A stretch of DNA of 63,515 nt, counting the filler, from Choristocarpus tenellus KU-1152 (Eukaryota; Protista; Phaeophyceae), in the NCBI GenBank assembly GCA_964200185.2. It is 13 parts of 13 records of this genome, joined end to end, with 100 filler letters (N's around TTAATTAATTAA, not from the genome) between each part and the next. Parts side by side here need not be neighbours in the genome. Positions count along the whole stretch, not along the records: positions 1 to 9,943 come from CAXNAD020003260.1; positions 10,044 to 17,696 come from CAXNAD020005809.1; 11 more parts are not named here. One strand, written 5' to 3'. Of the stretch, positions 1 through 14,200 are shown piece after piece. A program made the translations under genes and the position numbers. Numbering within the stretch: the stretch's first letter is position 1; each line of letters starts with the position of its first letter. The notes beneath the pieces were generated by a model that was given only the letters and a program-made list of their open reading frames with translations, was not told the origin of the DNA and ran no database searches.

Positions 1-17
1 GGGGGCGGGGGGGGGGT

Positions 18-63
<46 letters not shown>

Positions 64-653
64 GGTTCAAGCAATATTTCAAAGTATTCCCTTTGTCAGG
101 AGTTACGATGGACAAGAGTAGGTTGACTATGGAGTGTATATAATGCTTGGTTATTTCCACCAAGGAGAGGAGAGGGGAAGGTGGAGAGTGACACCAGTTT
201 CTTCCAGCAGTAGTTCGGGGTGGTGCCCAAAGTGCACTGTGAGTATAGTCTAGGAGGTGTGGCTTTATTATAATGTTTAATAGTGGCATAGGAGGGAGGG
301 CTTGCCCTTGTCGTTTTTTCCCCTGATTTCCGCAATGTATACCATACATACGTGCTAGAGAAACAATGCAGGTAGAGAGGCCCTATATACTCTCTGCCCA
401 AGGACTGTCCTTGATTTGTATTTCTGAATTCCAAGGGTAATGCTACCTTATACTGGAGCATACAGGGGAATGGGGGGGGGCATACTCCTTGCTCTTGTGT
501 CCTTGGCATTCCTTACACTCTCTTGTATTCAGTATGTTCGTTCAACAGTGTACCTCACTTAATGCAACTATCTCACTCTCCCCTGCTGCCACCGCTTACC
601 TGAATATGCCCCTTTGCAACTTTTCCCAACACACTACTCTTTTCTATGGTCAG

Positions 654-1058
654 GTCACACGACCAAACCCACCAGAACTTCTTGGCCCCCAACAAGGCCA
701 GCCACCACCCTTCTCTTCTCCTTCTTCCCCCTCCTCAAACGGTGTCAGCGCTGCTGGGGCAGTAGCTGCTGCCACAACTAACTTTGTTGACCTGGTCCCC
801 CTGGACTCTGCTGTGTCACTGGGGCGCCTAGAGCGGAATTCAGATGCTGTAATTGACATTTCCTTGGTGGCAATACGAGCAGGCCTGGTGAGGCTAGCTA
901 GCCTCTGCCTTTGGGACAAGGTGACTGGCTCTGTCTACGTGCCCCACCAACCATACGAAGTGTTCGTTGACGATGCAAATTTGGTGGAAGTGGATGTTGG
1001 GGTGGAGGCTGAGAGGCACAGGAATGAGACCTTGTGCACAGGGGTTGTTAAGTCTTAG
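654..1058 (+). CDS. Terminal exon of a TRAPP-complex subunit (TRAPPC13/Trs65-like C-terminal domain)
   Basis: A pyrimidine tract and CAG acceptor at 651-653 lead in frame to a stop at 1056-1058. The peptide LVPLDSAVSLGRL...ISLVAIRAGLVRLASLCLWDKVTGSVY...EVFV resembles the TRAPPC13/Trs65 C-terminus (LGxL...GL..I.GL.L.D...Y....V.V). Recognised from memory, no search run. Confidence 0.55.
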   Translation, partial: VTRPNPPELLGPQQGQPPPFSSPSSPSSNGVSAAGAVAAATTNFVDLVPLDSAVSLGRLERNSDAVIDISLVAIRAGLVRLASLCLWDKVTGSVYVPHQPYEVFVDDANLVEVDVGVEAERHRNETLCTGVVKS

Positions 1059-2329
1059 GTTGTGGTGATCCCAGTGTTGAGGTTTTGATATTGGTATAGG
1101 TGTATGTGGGGTTTTGTTTTGGTTGATCATCTGACTTAAGTAGTGAGTTTTGTAAAAACAGGCAGTGTTGATAAGCCTGTTTGCCATTTTTGTTTCTCTT
1201 CCATCTGCATGTGCTTTGTGGCTGTATTTTTTTTGGAGTGCTCGCATTTTAATTTGCTGCAGGTGGTGTGTAACTTAAGACGACTCTGAGTGATGAAGCA
1301 GATAAGTTTTCCTCAATTCTGTTTGATTAGTTCAAAACGCCTTGTTTGTGTCATACCCCTCATCATGCTCGCATCACTAGACAAGGGTGAATGTCCATAA
1401 TAATCCTGACAGTAGTATAATAGTGCGCCAGGAAATACTCATCCTCCATTTTGGTTGGAATATCACAACGTTCTTCTTGTCCTCCCCACCAAATTCATCC
1501 CCCTACCTTCAACTCACCAATGGACTGTTGGCGGTAGGATCGTTGATCATTAAATGCAAATGCATGATCCTCTGTGGTAACTATTAGCGCTATTAATGTT
1601 AACGTTTTTTGTTCATCCTGTATTTTTTTTGTTTCAAATATGTATACAGTCGGGTGTAGAGCTTCATTCCAGGAGTGGGATTTGCTTCCAACTATTCGAA
1701 ATGCAGTCGCCACATTCTTGGGAAACGTTTTTGGACTGTCTTCACTAGGTTTGTGAAATGCATGGCATACTTTGCTCTCCGCACAAACTACAGATTGTAT
1801 AGAAGCAAGATGCGGAATTCCCACCGATACCCTTGGAGATTTTGAAAGAGACGCAAAACAAGGGCAGGCACAGGCGTGGAACTGGTTTCAGAAAGAGCTT
1901 ACTGGCCTCTGTATCTTTAGACTTCAACAGCTCCATGAAGTACATGATGATAAATGTCTGCCCACAAATATATTTCTCCTTGACCATGTAGCATGGAAGA
2001 CATAGTCGGGTTGCGGAGGAGGGTGGTGTTAAAAACCTCGTGGATGTACACTCCCTTACTAGTGTTACACCATAGCGTGGAAAACATGGCCGGCGTAATT
2101 TCCTTGCGGAACACCATCGCACAACTATCTGCCTGATTCATCGACGAGAAGGAGCTAGGCATCTCGGACGAGCTGTGAGTCAGCACGTGAGGCAAGGCAC
2201 CAAAAGGGATAGTGTTTAGATAGCAAGGAAGAAGCCAAGAATAGAAGGTTTTCCACAGAAAGGAAGGGACCTTAAGGCCTATGTACACCATCTATTGTGA
2301 GGTGTTAGAAATCCCAGAAAAGAGAGCTG

Positions 2330-5110
2330 ATTATGGAAACCTGGAATTTTGAAAAATGGATGTGAAAGTCAAGAATGGAGTGGTCTTGATGAGACAGGCC
2401 TGGGCTTGTGGATGCGATGTGATAGTGCTCCAAGAGACATGAAGAGGTGGGATTTCTACGTTGAGCTGTCTGAGTACAAGGTTTTCGTTAATGGACGAGA
2501 AGATCGAAAGGGTAGCTATGAAGTGGATTTGGCAGTGAAAGAATCAATCCCACAGCAGGGCACCCATCAAGTAGAGTAGTTTGATGAATGGATGATGAAG
2601 GTCGGACTGTTGCTGACAGAAGGTGCCACTGGGTTATAGTTGTGCGATATGCCCCAACAGAAGAGGTGGTAGAGCCAGCGAAGGATGTTTCTGGGGAAAA
2701 GTCCCACTCTGTGGTGCCAAAGACTCCCCCCAAGGAAAACCTCTTCGTTTTGATGAACATGATACTTGCACTTGAACAAGAGGTAAGAGAGGGATGTATC
2801 ACAACAACAGGACTCTTGGGGAATATGGACAATATATTGAATGACAATGACTGGTGAGCACCTGTTGATGCATTTGCAGCGATGAACAGACATGCTTGCG
2901 CTTGTCAGCACATTTATTAGTGTACCCAAGGGGAAAGAATCCCAGATATACTTGGGTCAGCAGTTGAGGTATCTTCATCTTGATTATGTCTTCACATGTT
3001 AGGCTGATCACCACCTCGTTTGGAACATGAGGATGCGCTCGACTTTGCCCAGGGAAAAGGATCGCCATACCTATGATATCCGTCCATTTCCTTCACTATT
3101 TTGCTTCGAACCATATGATAGGATGGGGAGGCAAGGGACTTACATTTATCAACGAACAAGTCCTGGTGTCTACACCACCCTTGGAAACTGAACTAGTGAG
3201 CATGACTGCTGAAAGGATCATCACAGTAATAGAGGCAGTGCCACCCAAAGATACAGTTGATGTACCTACCAATATGGACATTGTGGTGCCTTCATACACT
3301 GCCCATTTGTTGGATGCTGCCTCAGAAGTTCCTCCCCCTTCTTCACAGAGGATTCTGTCCAAAGAAAGGGTGGTGACGAAGTGTGACCAAGCTCAAGCAA
3401 AAATCCTGGAATTAACGACAAATGGGGTGGAAACAACTCTGCACAGACCCCCAAACTGCCACCTTGAAGAAGGTGGTGAAGATGCAAACAGCTTAAATGT
3501 GTGAGGGTGTCTGCCTTGCAAAAATTTCTTGACATCTTGCACAAGGAATATGTAAGGCCTTGTTCACCGTGGCGACCAAGGTGCTTTCTACCAGCACATG
3601 AAAGGCTTCAATATTGAGGGAACCAGAGAGAGTGTCTCTTTCTACATCTCTTGGTACATCCATCCATGACGAGTCTGTGCGGCTACTCAGGGAGCAGGCA
3701 TCCATCACGAAATCGTGGAGGAGATACTTCCCAGTGCTCCTTAGTACCAAGTAAGTAGATCTCAACCCTCCTAATGCTAAAGCCCTCGATCTTACATCCA
3801 TGACCCTCACTACTCCACCAACAATGATGGAAGTAGTTGAAGAATACCAAGCAATGGAAAATGGGAAGGCTATGGGTCCCGACAATCTTCCACTTGAGGT
3901 CCTGAAGCTTGGCCTACAGAAGGATGTGAGTATCTTCCAGGGTTACCATATGATTGTGTTGATTGTGTGAAACCAGGAAGTCGTGCCATAGGTTCTGGGA
4001 AAATGCAGTCATCACCAGGCTCTTAAAAAAGGATCGCACTGATTGTGTCAAGTACAGGGGCATTTCATTGGTGGCACATTCTGCAAAAGGTCTTCCTCAA
4101 AGTTGTTGCACGGCAGTTGGGGGATTTTCTATAATATATGAACATCTTCCAAGAGGAAATGTGTGGTTTTCGACCCAGACGCTCCAGTGGACTTGATTCA
4201 CACTCCACAAACAACTTTTTTTTGCGAAGAATGCACAATAATGGACAGCTTTTTCTGTAACTTCATCCCGTGTGCAGTGATAATAAAAAGGGTGAGGTAC
4301 ATTCCCTTCAAGACCTTAGCCAGGAAAAATATGTACCCTTCTTCATGTGCTCTATTGTTCTACAGAAAGCATAAGACTCTGTTGATCATGATCTTGTGAG
4401 GGTTGTACTGCTCAAATTTAGCTTACCCACCGAAGATGATTTCTGTCATCAATCAATTCCATGATGGTATGAGGGCATGTTCCCATCGATGATGGTGGGT
4501 GCAGACGTTTTTGAGGTTGAACAGGGCCTTCAGCACGGCTGCATTCTTGCTCCGATCCTCAACCCTTCTTCACTTCGGTGCTAAGTGTATAGCAGATGAG
4601 GCGTTCACCTCTGACCCACCATTTCCAAGGACCTCAATTTCATCAAAAAAGCGGGCACAAACTACCAGATCAGAGGAGCATCAAGGAGTGAGTAGGTCAC
4701 CATTTGAATGCTTTTGTTGGGTATGCTGCATACTGATCATGCAGGCACTGTGTCCAAGACCTAAGGAGGTGTCACGAGGGTGATGACAGTGCCTGTGAAG
4801 GTGGCCAGATCGTTTGGTTTGACTCTATCGGTATTAAGACAGAGACGATATGTCTTCACCGTCCTAATCAGGATGCTGAAACCATACTGGAACAGACTTA
4901 CAACGAGATTGGTAAGTTTGTTGACCTTTGGGGAAACCATCAGTGATCATGCCACTATTACTGCTTGAAATCAGTGGTGGATTAAAAAATTTTGGGATGT
5001 TTTCGCAAATATGGTCAAGCACTTTGCGGCAGGACCTCAGATTTCTCTGAGGATCACTAACCAACAGGATTGGAATGAGTGTGTGGAAATCAGCACAACG
5101 AGGTTCATGA
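2330..5110 (+). mobile_element. Degenerate RTE-like LINE (APE endonuclease + reverse transcriptase) with many stops and frameshifts
   Basis: APE motifs: LAVKESI, VVRYAPTE, LFVLM, NDND, LDYVFT. RT motifs in the expected order: KAMGPDNLPLEVLKLGL, KKDRTDCVKYRGISLVAH, QKA*DSVD, QFHDGMRA, QGLQHGCILAP, and GMLHTDHAG (decayed YADD). Confidence 0.85.
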
Positions 5111-8100
5111 CCTCATGGCATTCCAACGGACCTATGTGGTAGCTGATGTATATCACACCAAAGCAGTAGCTAAAGTCACCCAAACCACCAACACCACCGC
5201 ACTATCACTGTCTGCTGAATGTTGTTTTCTTTCTGGGCTGATTCTCTTGCATCGTTTCTTCACAATAGAACCTGCCCCAAAAAGAAAACAGCACAGAGCA
5301 CACACTGATGGTGGTAATGTTGGTGGCCTGGGTGACCTTAACTGCTGCTTGGTGTGACGTATATTAGCTATCAAAGCTTATTTAGATTGCCATTGGGCCA
5401 TGAACCTTGTTGTGCCATTAGCCACATACACTCAAACCACTCCTGGTGGTTAGTGATCTAATTGCTCCAACTTTCAAGTCCAATCTCAAACTTGTCAGTG
5501 TCACCTTGGAGACGCTACTCCGTGGCCCCAATCCTGTCCTCTTGTAAACCCCGCTGTGACCACACCAAGTTCGCAGGCTTCCTATCAACGGTTCTTAGGC
5601 CTATTTTAACCAAGCTGACATGTTTGTACCTCAAAGGTGAACTGTTCTTTGTTGCCCCTTTGATCAGAACTAATTGGGTCGAATGTTCAATCTTCCCCCT
5701 CATTGTCTATTGACCTAAACCCGGTTCCTCTAACACCATCCTCTTTGATGCTGCCCTCTTCATCAGCCCCATCCTCATCATATTCTTCATCTCCCTCATC
5801 CTCAGAAACTCCTCTTCAAGTCATCATACCCCTCCTTGTCCAAATTTCCCCCTCCACCGAATTCTCCTACTCTTCACTGGCACAACCGTCGTTGATTTTG
5901 ATACACATCCTTTTGCAGGGTCACACCATCCACAGTGAAGGGCACAAACATTCCACCTCTTCTGGTGCTTGTTCCCTACTTTAGGGTTCTGACCAATAAC
6001 TACTCCACGCCAGATCTTTGCCTTTGAGGTCTTGGTGACCTTGCACAGGTTGAGCTTTACCCTGCATACCTCAATACCCAACCCAATTCGTATCTTCAAC
6101 ATGACACATTTCTTCGTTGCTTCAGCTCGATTCACAGAGGATGGATATCCCCGAACAAAGTTCATGCCAGTGAACTAGAACCAAAGAACAAGGTATCTAA
6201 TGTGGTTCGTATGGATTTACGCCAATTTAGTAGGTCTGTTGAAGTAATTGAAAATCGAATTGCCTGCACAACTGAATGGAGAGTATAGATTAACACCATT
6301 CAGAACACGTGTTTAAGTAAGAAGACATAGCAATCTGTCTTGGACTGTAGTCGACTAGGTACTCTACTAAATCACCATTTTAATTGCCATACTCGCTCAA
6401 CAGATCTCAAAGGCAGATTTTTTTGAACAATCGTGACGATGTGTACACTCGATAAGAAAACAGAGATGTCAAAGTAACAAAGGAATGAAGTTGTATTGTA
6501 CACAGACATAGGTGTCAACAAATCATAGCAAGTCTTGCTCGACTGTCAGATCATACCATCAACTACCGTTTGGTGTATGGAAGGCCTCTTCATTTGGAAC
6601 CGTCTTAGGGTTGTTGTGCTTGACTGATGTCTGTCATTGAAATATCTGACAGGGCCTACACTTCACGAAGAATGCAATAATGGTGACCACCACTTTGATT
6701 TGTCCTGTGGGATGATATCATTGTAGTGAGTGTAAACATTGTCACATTTATTCGGAGCGGTGTTGATGATCATGTAGTAGTATAGATTTTATGGATGTTG
6801 ACATTTTCCAGATGTTTTGTGTTGGGAGAAGGAATAACGCAATGAACATTCAACAAACAGAATAATACTCAGAAATAGCCTCTATCTCTAACAGAAACGT
6901 TCTTCGGATAGACCAAGAAGAGTTGTAGTTTATTTGAAAATATTTGTCGGAAAACAAGAAAACTGTTGACACAACAATAATCATACCTGAAACTGATCCA
7001 AAACTGACACTCGAATAGGGTCTTCTTGAAGCATGGGTTCCACAAGTCTGTCAAGTCCCGCATATTAGACCCAGTGTCTCCAGGTTAAGCTTCATGACAC
7101 ATCTGGAGATTGCTGGTGATGTATTGTGTGTGCAATGACTTGGTTACACCATACAAAAGGAGTTACTGATAAAACAATTTGATAATACTACAGCCTCTTG
7201 TCTCAAAATCAAAGGTCGATATATGGACTATGTCGTAACTCCCCGTATACGATTACTTTTACATGCAGTTTTTTTAGTTGGAATCTTCGAGACCTCATTC
7301 ATTCATTGATTCGTGCACTTCTTCTCCAATTTTTGAATTTAGAAACTTTTGAAGGTACCCTCGAACCCAGCATATAGAGTGAGCAAACACGCCTCAAGAT
7401 CTGAAAGTTCTGGTCAAAGTTTTTCCAACTATTAAATACGTTTAGATCATGTCTCTAACGAGGTAAAAGGGGATGTCAAGACACCAAATAAAGTAAGAGG
7501 AAGAACCTGACGGATTCAAAGAGATGAAGGACTGATCACACACAACAGAGATCTCCTTGCAGCAACAGGAACAATAATAATGGCGCTTTTTGCCAAAGAA
7601 GGGGACTTCAAACGAGTTGCTGGCACGTTTGTTCGGCGTGTCCTGGAGGAGCATCAGCAAGCTATGAAAGTGGTACATGTAGACAGCAGAAGGACCCCAG
7701 TCCAGGGCATCCTTGATCCTGTCCTCGACTCGCTATTGACAGGGAAGCGACTGCAAGCAAAGGCATCAATCGATATGGCTGATCTTCAAGGGGTTATGAA
7801 GGCTATCCCAATCAGGAACCCATACAACACTGTATGCATTGTCTGCACATCATAGTTAGTTGAGCGTGCACAGAGGATTAACATTTCACAGAATAGCAGC
7901 TTGTTACGCCTGGTCACAAATAAATCACGTTCTGAATGATCTTTTACTACTACTGTTACAGTACTACAATTATATGTAGGACCAAATGTGATAGCCATCT
8001 TCCATCTAAACTATACCTTTAAGGTGATTTTCCTTGAGAAGATGTGCTTCAAAATCTGTTGCTTCATATGACATCTATCTGCATTTACTTGTTGAAGTAA

Positions 8101-8254
8101 ATATCAAGCTGTTTGAGGGGATCTTGCAAACCCCCCTCGTTTACTTTTTGCCAGTTCATTCTTTCCTGAGTGACCTTTTGAGGGATTGCTCACCCTCCTC
8201 CTCCTGCCTTGTCTCCATTCCCTTCCTCCTGTGGTTCTTCTCGCTCCCCTTCAG

Positions 8255-9943
8255 GCTGCAGAACTTGTTTGCTGTTTCCATCTGTTTCACACAAACGAAA
8301 TGACTATGTTGCGCATATTTTGTCTCACAACAAAACAACAAAAAATGTAACTGAGAAACGCCTCCCCAGAGGTAGCTATCTTCTTTATTTTTGTAGTATC
8401 AAATATAAAGGGTGACACTTGGAACGTTGATATTTTGGGAGTTGCACTCCACAAGTATCCTATTCATGGTCTTGTTTCTTGGAGCTCTTTTGATGTCTCG
8501 GTAGCTAGAGCTGTAGTGAGTGAGTGGGCAGACAGTACAGATAATTCTCTGGCCTACACATAATCATGGGACCATTGCTCTATGTGGGGACAGGTACAGC
8601 CCTCTTGCTTTCCTTTGCTGCCGGCACTGGTACAAAAGGCAGAGTGGGGACATCTTTCCTGTTTGAACAAGGTATTGTACATACCAAGTTTAGCTGATGT
8701 ACTAGACGGTGGGCATTCTACTAACACGGCAGTGCACGCCATGTATGCTGGACAGACCTCCGTCGTGATGATACCTCATGCTGACAGTTCCTTCAATATG
8801 CCCTTGAGCAGGTAGGGGTCGGCAAGCCTACCAAAGAGGGTTCGAGAAGGAGATATGCTCTTCTGTGTGGAATGTGCTGTTGTGTAGAGGAGGAGGCACC
8901 TCTAGTGGTCCTACCCGTGCCAGTGCTGGTCCTGGAGCTCAGAGGTTGAAAGTTTCTACAAGTAGGCACCGTCACCAGGCCAGAGATGACCCCGAAGATG
9001 GCGACTTACTGTCAAGCCAAGGAGAGCCTGTAAGGAGCGAATGTGGACGCCATGTGCGCAGAGGGGGGGGAGAAGCTTTTGACATTGAACGAAGAGAATC
9101 AACACCACGCGCACGGCAGGATAGATTTCAATATTCTCTGGGGAGTGACAGCGGTGACTGGGATGAAGAGGAGGAAGCTTACTATGACGACGAAGAAGCG
9201 GGGTAAGTCATTGTGTTGCGATTAAGGCTGTAGTTTTTCATCCAGATTGCCAAATGAACCGTGGCGATGTACTCTCGGTGTCGATATGATGGACTTCTGC
9301 TGCATCCTTGGAGTTCACACCCACTGTGCAGATTTGCTGTTTGTTAATAGTTTATTCTCTCAGTCAACAAGGCTGTTTCCGTATCACCTCAGCTTTGCCA
9401 AACCTGATTGTGACTTGGGTTTTAGACTTTCGGGCAGTGGATAGGCAATTCCTTAGTTCTTGGATCCACGCTCAATTGAAATTTCTTCAGGCAAGCTAAA
9501 TATGCATATATGGACAAACCAATAAAAGTGTAGTGGAGGTACTGCAATGGGAAAAGCCTGGCAACTGGGATAGGCTACTCGGTCAGCCTTCAGAAGGATG
9601 GGTAGAAGTAGGATACACTTCCGCAGTCAATGTTCACCTTCTCACCCCCTACAAAAAACACTCTAGGTATAGTGCAGAGTGTGAGGGGGCATCCTATTCT
9701 GACCCTAATTATAGAGAGGAGGAATATGACTATTATGATGATGAGGAGGAGAAGGATTATGACCAGGGTTATGGGTATGGTACTGACATGGGCAGTGACG
9801 AAGACTGGGAAGATGAAGGGTATGGCCAAGGAGAGAGTGGATACCATGATGGTGGGGAAGATGTGGGGGGGGGGGGGGAGGATCGGAGCCGACACAGACC
9901 AAATCAATCGCGAGGGCAAGCGGGGGGGCAAGGGAGAGGGAGG
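8255..9943 (+). CDS. Partial gene of unknown function (exons 8255-8371, 8812-9202, 9667->9943); CxxC..HxxxH motif followed by an acidic Gly/Tyr-rich region
   Basis: GT-AG boundaries are phase-compatible (G|gtagct...cag|GT and GG|gtaagt...tag|G), giving one continuous reading frame. The gene is cut by the spacer at 9944. Confidence 0.6.
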
Positions 9944-10043
9944 NNNNNNNNNNNNNNNNNNNNNNNNNNNNNNNNNNNNNNNNNNNNTTAATTAATTAAN
10001 NNNNNNNNNNNNNNNNNNNNNNNNNNNNNNNNNNNNNNNNNNN
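9944..10043. other. Artificial contig-joining spacer (44N-TTAATTAATTAA-44N); identical spacers start at 17697, 20494, 26079, 29804, 36770, 40044, 44965, 47888, 51878, 55114 and 58145
   Basis: The same exact 100-nt structure occurs 12 times, and TTAATTAATTAA places stop codons in all six frames. Confidence 0.97.
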
Positions 10044-10985
10044 GTGTTCGCTGTGGTTGGTCATCGGTGGGGGGCGTTGGCTGGAGATCAGTGGTGAAAG
10101 GGGTTCTCATTGGTTGGCCATCGCAAAGGAGGGGGAGGACGGGAAATCAGTGGCGAAGAGGTTGCACTGGGTGGTCATAAGTGGGGGTAGAATGGGGAGG
10201 GAAAGGGGAATGGGTGAATTGCAAAGAGAATAAAATAATAATCCAGAATTCGTGAGGAAAACAAACTTTCCCGTTATTTATTAAAATATATATCAAACCA
10301 ATATATATATATCAAATATCAGGAAATTCTTGATCCTTTTAATATATCATATTAAAATGAACTGATATTTGGATTCAGACTCATCACCGATACATTATCA
10401 TCATATGGAAGAACTGATAGATGTATAAATAAGGTTAGTCTATGTGGTGTGAGTGTTCATAAAAAAGAACTGATTTTGGTGTTACGTGATATATGAAAAG
10501 TTGACCGTATTCCCTCTTCTTCTTGGTACATCCCTTGAATTCTAGGTATGCTTGATTTCATTTGATATTAAAAAACTGGTAGAGTTAAGGACTTGTTGGG
10601 AAATTGATTGTGAAGGGAACCTCTCATTTATCATCTGCGAGTCACGAGGCGTAATTGCAACTTGCAAAGCCCCTTGCTCCTTGGTCCCTTACCTCCCATC
10701 CTGGCCCTATTGCATCAACCCACCCTATCCCTCTCTCCCTTGCTGATCTCGAGAGGTGTAAGGATTGGGCCATGCCACCCTCTACGCCAGCATCAATACT
10801 TGCTAGTGGCATTCCTTCTATTGGGGCTTCCATCGAAAGAGGGCTGACGATCTTATACCACTTCTCCTAGGAACCACCAATGCAGCAGGTGTGGGTGTGC
10901 ATTCATTCCTGTCCATATTTTACTTGAAAGTAGGATTCACACTGTTGACGTATCACCCGATGAAATTTGCACCCCTCGCTCCCAG

Positions 10986-11234
10986 GCTCTCCAACACCTC
11001 CAGATCGAGGCTGTGCTGAAGTTGCTCGACGGAAATAATGATGTGACTTCTGACAGCGTGAAGGAACTTTTTACGAAGCTACGGGATAAGTGTCATGACT
11101 CGTCGTCGTTTGTTCGGTCTCTTCCTTCGGCAAAATACAGCCTTCATGAATTGGAGGAAAGAAAAGCGACTCTCCAGGCCAGGGTTGATCAGTTGCAATT
11201 AGCAAGCCAAGTAGAGTCAATTAAGAATCCTTGA
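10986..11234 (+). CDS. Probable coding exon of an unknown coiled-coil protein
   Basis: CAG acceptor at 10983-10985, then an open frame ALQHLQIEAVLKLL...ELEERKATLQARVDQLQ with heptad character. Confidence 0.35.
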   Translation, partial: ALQHLQIEAVLKLLDGNNDVTSDSVKELFTKLRDKCHDSSSFVRSLPSAKYSLHELEERKATLQARVDQLQLASQVESIKNP

Positions 11235-14200
11235 TCCGTTTGCTAGGATAGGCGTGCGCTCGCTCTCATTACTGCAGCGATTACTTTATCTTTCACTCCA
11301 CATACATTTCAGTTGTGTTTAGACCACTGCTCAAAATTGTTTTTCTTTGATGCCTTCGATACTGTGATACAAGTCTGTTCAATCAGCTAACAGTCATTTC
11401 AACCTTAGCAACAGACCACTTCAGCCCCCTCTGATTACTTTGACATGCATTATAATAGCCCAACTTTCCTGGCAGCAGTGCTCTACTGTAGGGAGTTTGT
11501 ATGCAAAGGTCAACATTGTGATCGAGTTGGAACCCAGACACCTTTTGGTCACCCCTATGTGATATTGATTTTGACTGTAGTAGAAGCTGGTTTTAATTTT
11601 AGTACTACAGTATGAGGTGTACAGTTCTCATCAGACCTCCAACACTGGTTGAAGAGACGTGGCATCTATGCTAGGCGATGGGAAAAGAAGGGAAAGCAAT
11701 GGCAAGATAATCTATGAACGCCCAAGATAATTGTTGTCTTTTGAAAGATTAAGATGTGAAAACTATTTTGAAGGAGTTTGTATAGAGTACACTTGACTAA
11801 TATGGTGCCATGCCAAAGATCCCCAGCTGTCCCATAATCAAGATTTAGTTATGCTCTGTGCTGAAGGCATCCAATAGATCATTCTAGCTGGTGAGAACAT
11901 AGGCTACAGCTCTGGAGTTTTTCCGACTACCACCTTTATTTTCCCTCAGTAAAGTGTACAATGGTCAGCACCACCCACTTTGGGTCCAATTTATTGTGAT
12001 GGTGCTCTGTGTTCATTGTGGGCTGAGATTTCCGAGCAAGTTGCCTCTGTGTCATGATGGGGGAGACAGGAGGCAGATCTAAGTCAACACAAGAAGTTGT
12101 GTGTGCTGTGACTATGGTGGAAGGTGTTCTTGGAAAGGGTTGTGATTGTGATGGTTGTGATTGTGACTGTTTGATATGGCAAGAAGAAACTGAACTGTGT
12201 AAACAATGCATTCAGTGCATCATTCATGTTGGGAATCAAGTTTTTTGGTGAGAAAGGACCATATGTTGGCTTGGTTAAATCGAAGCATGGCTGTAGTGCG
12301 TATGGCGATGTGTACATTAGCTTATCATACAGAAAGGCCCTCTGGCAGGTGAGGGACCCTGCAATGTTTTGCTTGTTAAGTTTTCAATTTCATCCTCTCC
12401 TCCCACTAACTGATGATGAATCTACCGTGTCATAGCTGAGCCTTTTTCAAAACATTGACACGGTAGATCTGATGTTTTCTCAAAACATTGCCTAGAGGAC
12501 AAGTGCTTCACCTTGTTGCCCCTACATACTGCTACTGTCACTCTTACTGTATTCTGCAGATTGCTTAGTTGTTTTTTTACCACCCCTCTGGCAATCTGAC
12601 ATTCATCATACTTCAGCTATCATATATGTATTTGTTGCACACCCTTCACCTATCATATTTGTTACACACCAAGCGCATCAAGCTCCACATTCTATGGGTT
12701 CATTTTTTTGTGGGGTTCATTAATTCCCAGATTTTGAGAACATGCACTCCAAGTCTCAGTGTGTAGCAAAAATAGTCTGAACATAGTAGAAAAGCTTGGC
12801 CGAGTGCAGGAAAGCCTGAAGATATTTGCTGTCAGTGGCCACCACTTATCGAATACCCTCGTGGATTGCTCTGGAGGTGCTAGGAGGTATCAAAGTCCAA
12901 ACTATCAGCAAACAAATAAAAATCAATCTAACTCGTTCCATTGGTGGTCAGTTATTTATTGGTGCACAAAATATTATTGCTCAAGTCCCTAAAATTTTGC
13001 AAAGCTACTCTGGAGTAAACACCAAAATGCGATTTACTTGTACACAAATAATGAAATAAAAAACAAGAAATGCTGGCATGGTGTGCTGTCTGTTGCATGT
13101 CTCTTTTGCTGCTGCTGGCATCATTTGTCAAAAGTTCGCACTTGATCAGAACTATCTTGTATTGTGTATGAGGAGTGAACCTATTGAGAACCTCTTGGTT
13201 TTCCAGTTCAAATGTCCTCTTGGTTAGTCAATATTGATTCAAACGAGTGTTCACTAAGAATTTGAATCTGAAGCCTGCCAAGGGAAAAAATTAAGTAGAA
13301 AAATAGGGTATCACCATTGTATCCTAAACCAAGGTCTAACAATAGAGAGGGCCGATAGTGCATATTACAAGGTCTCCAGGGGTGCTATGTTGCAGCATGA
13401 GTCAGATAGACCTGGTTTCTCCCTTTTGTTTGGTTAAAAGTAATGTGAGTTTTTTGGTAGGGATCATTTTTGGGGGTTAGACGTGTAGGAAATTTACACG
13501 CATAACAACTATTGATTGTTATTGGAAGAATAATCTGTTACAAATGGACATACTACTTAGATTTTTTTTTTGATGACCGATTGCAAGCTCTAAGATATGC
13601 AGTATACATAATCACCAATAGATTGCAAGGACGTACAATTGTGTAAGAGATGGGACATGATGTACTCCAGGGATTCTCTCCTTGTTTCATGTCCACCTTC
13701 ATAGTGCTAGTTCAGCAAGCGCAGCTGCATCATATGCTTCTTTATTACAGAAGATGAGGATAAAGTAGAGCAGCTGTTGTATAGGAAGGTCTTTGCTTTA
13801 CTGCTGTTGAGTCCATTGTATTCTCTTGTATGTTGTCTCTTTCTCCCCAACAATATCTACCTGCAAGTCGTCAGTGGGCATAGAGTCGTGTATTACGTGG
13901 AACAAGGATTTGAAAGATCAATGTTTAGTACAATAGCTATGAAACACATGGTGTGCTAGGGTAAGCAAAGTCCTTTGTTAGGAAGAGGTTCGATTGACAA
14001 CTTTATACCCACTCAGCCCTAGGAACTCTGTGATAGGGAGTTGATAAGAGTTTGTCGTCTGAGCAACTATTGTCCATGTCAAATGTCAAGACTATGGGGA
14101 ATGCGCTATGTATAACTGTTGTTTATTTTACACTCTAGGACTCTCTCTCTATATTCTCTTTCATTGTACCTGAAAGTCTTACACAGCATATATATCCAGG

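Noticed and set aside
5400-7400. Minus-strand decayed coding-like region with an acidic stretch and a weak hAT-dimerisation-like SVERVW..SRL
   Set aside because: Too many stops and too little motif support to assign; needs tBLASTn against TE proteins.
9988-9999. Recurrent palindrome TTAATTAATTAA as a biological motif
   Set aside because: It is always centred in an exact 100-nt N block, so it is an assembly linker.
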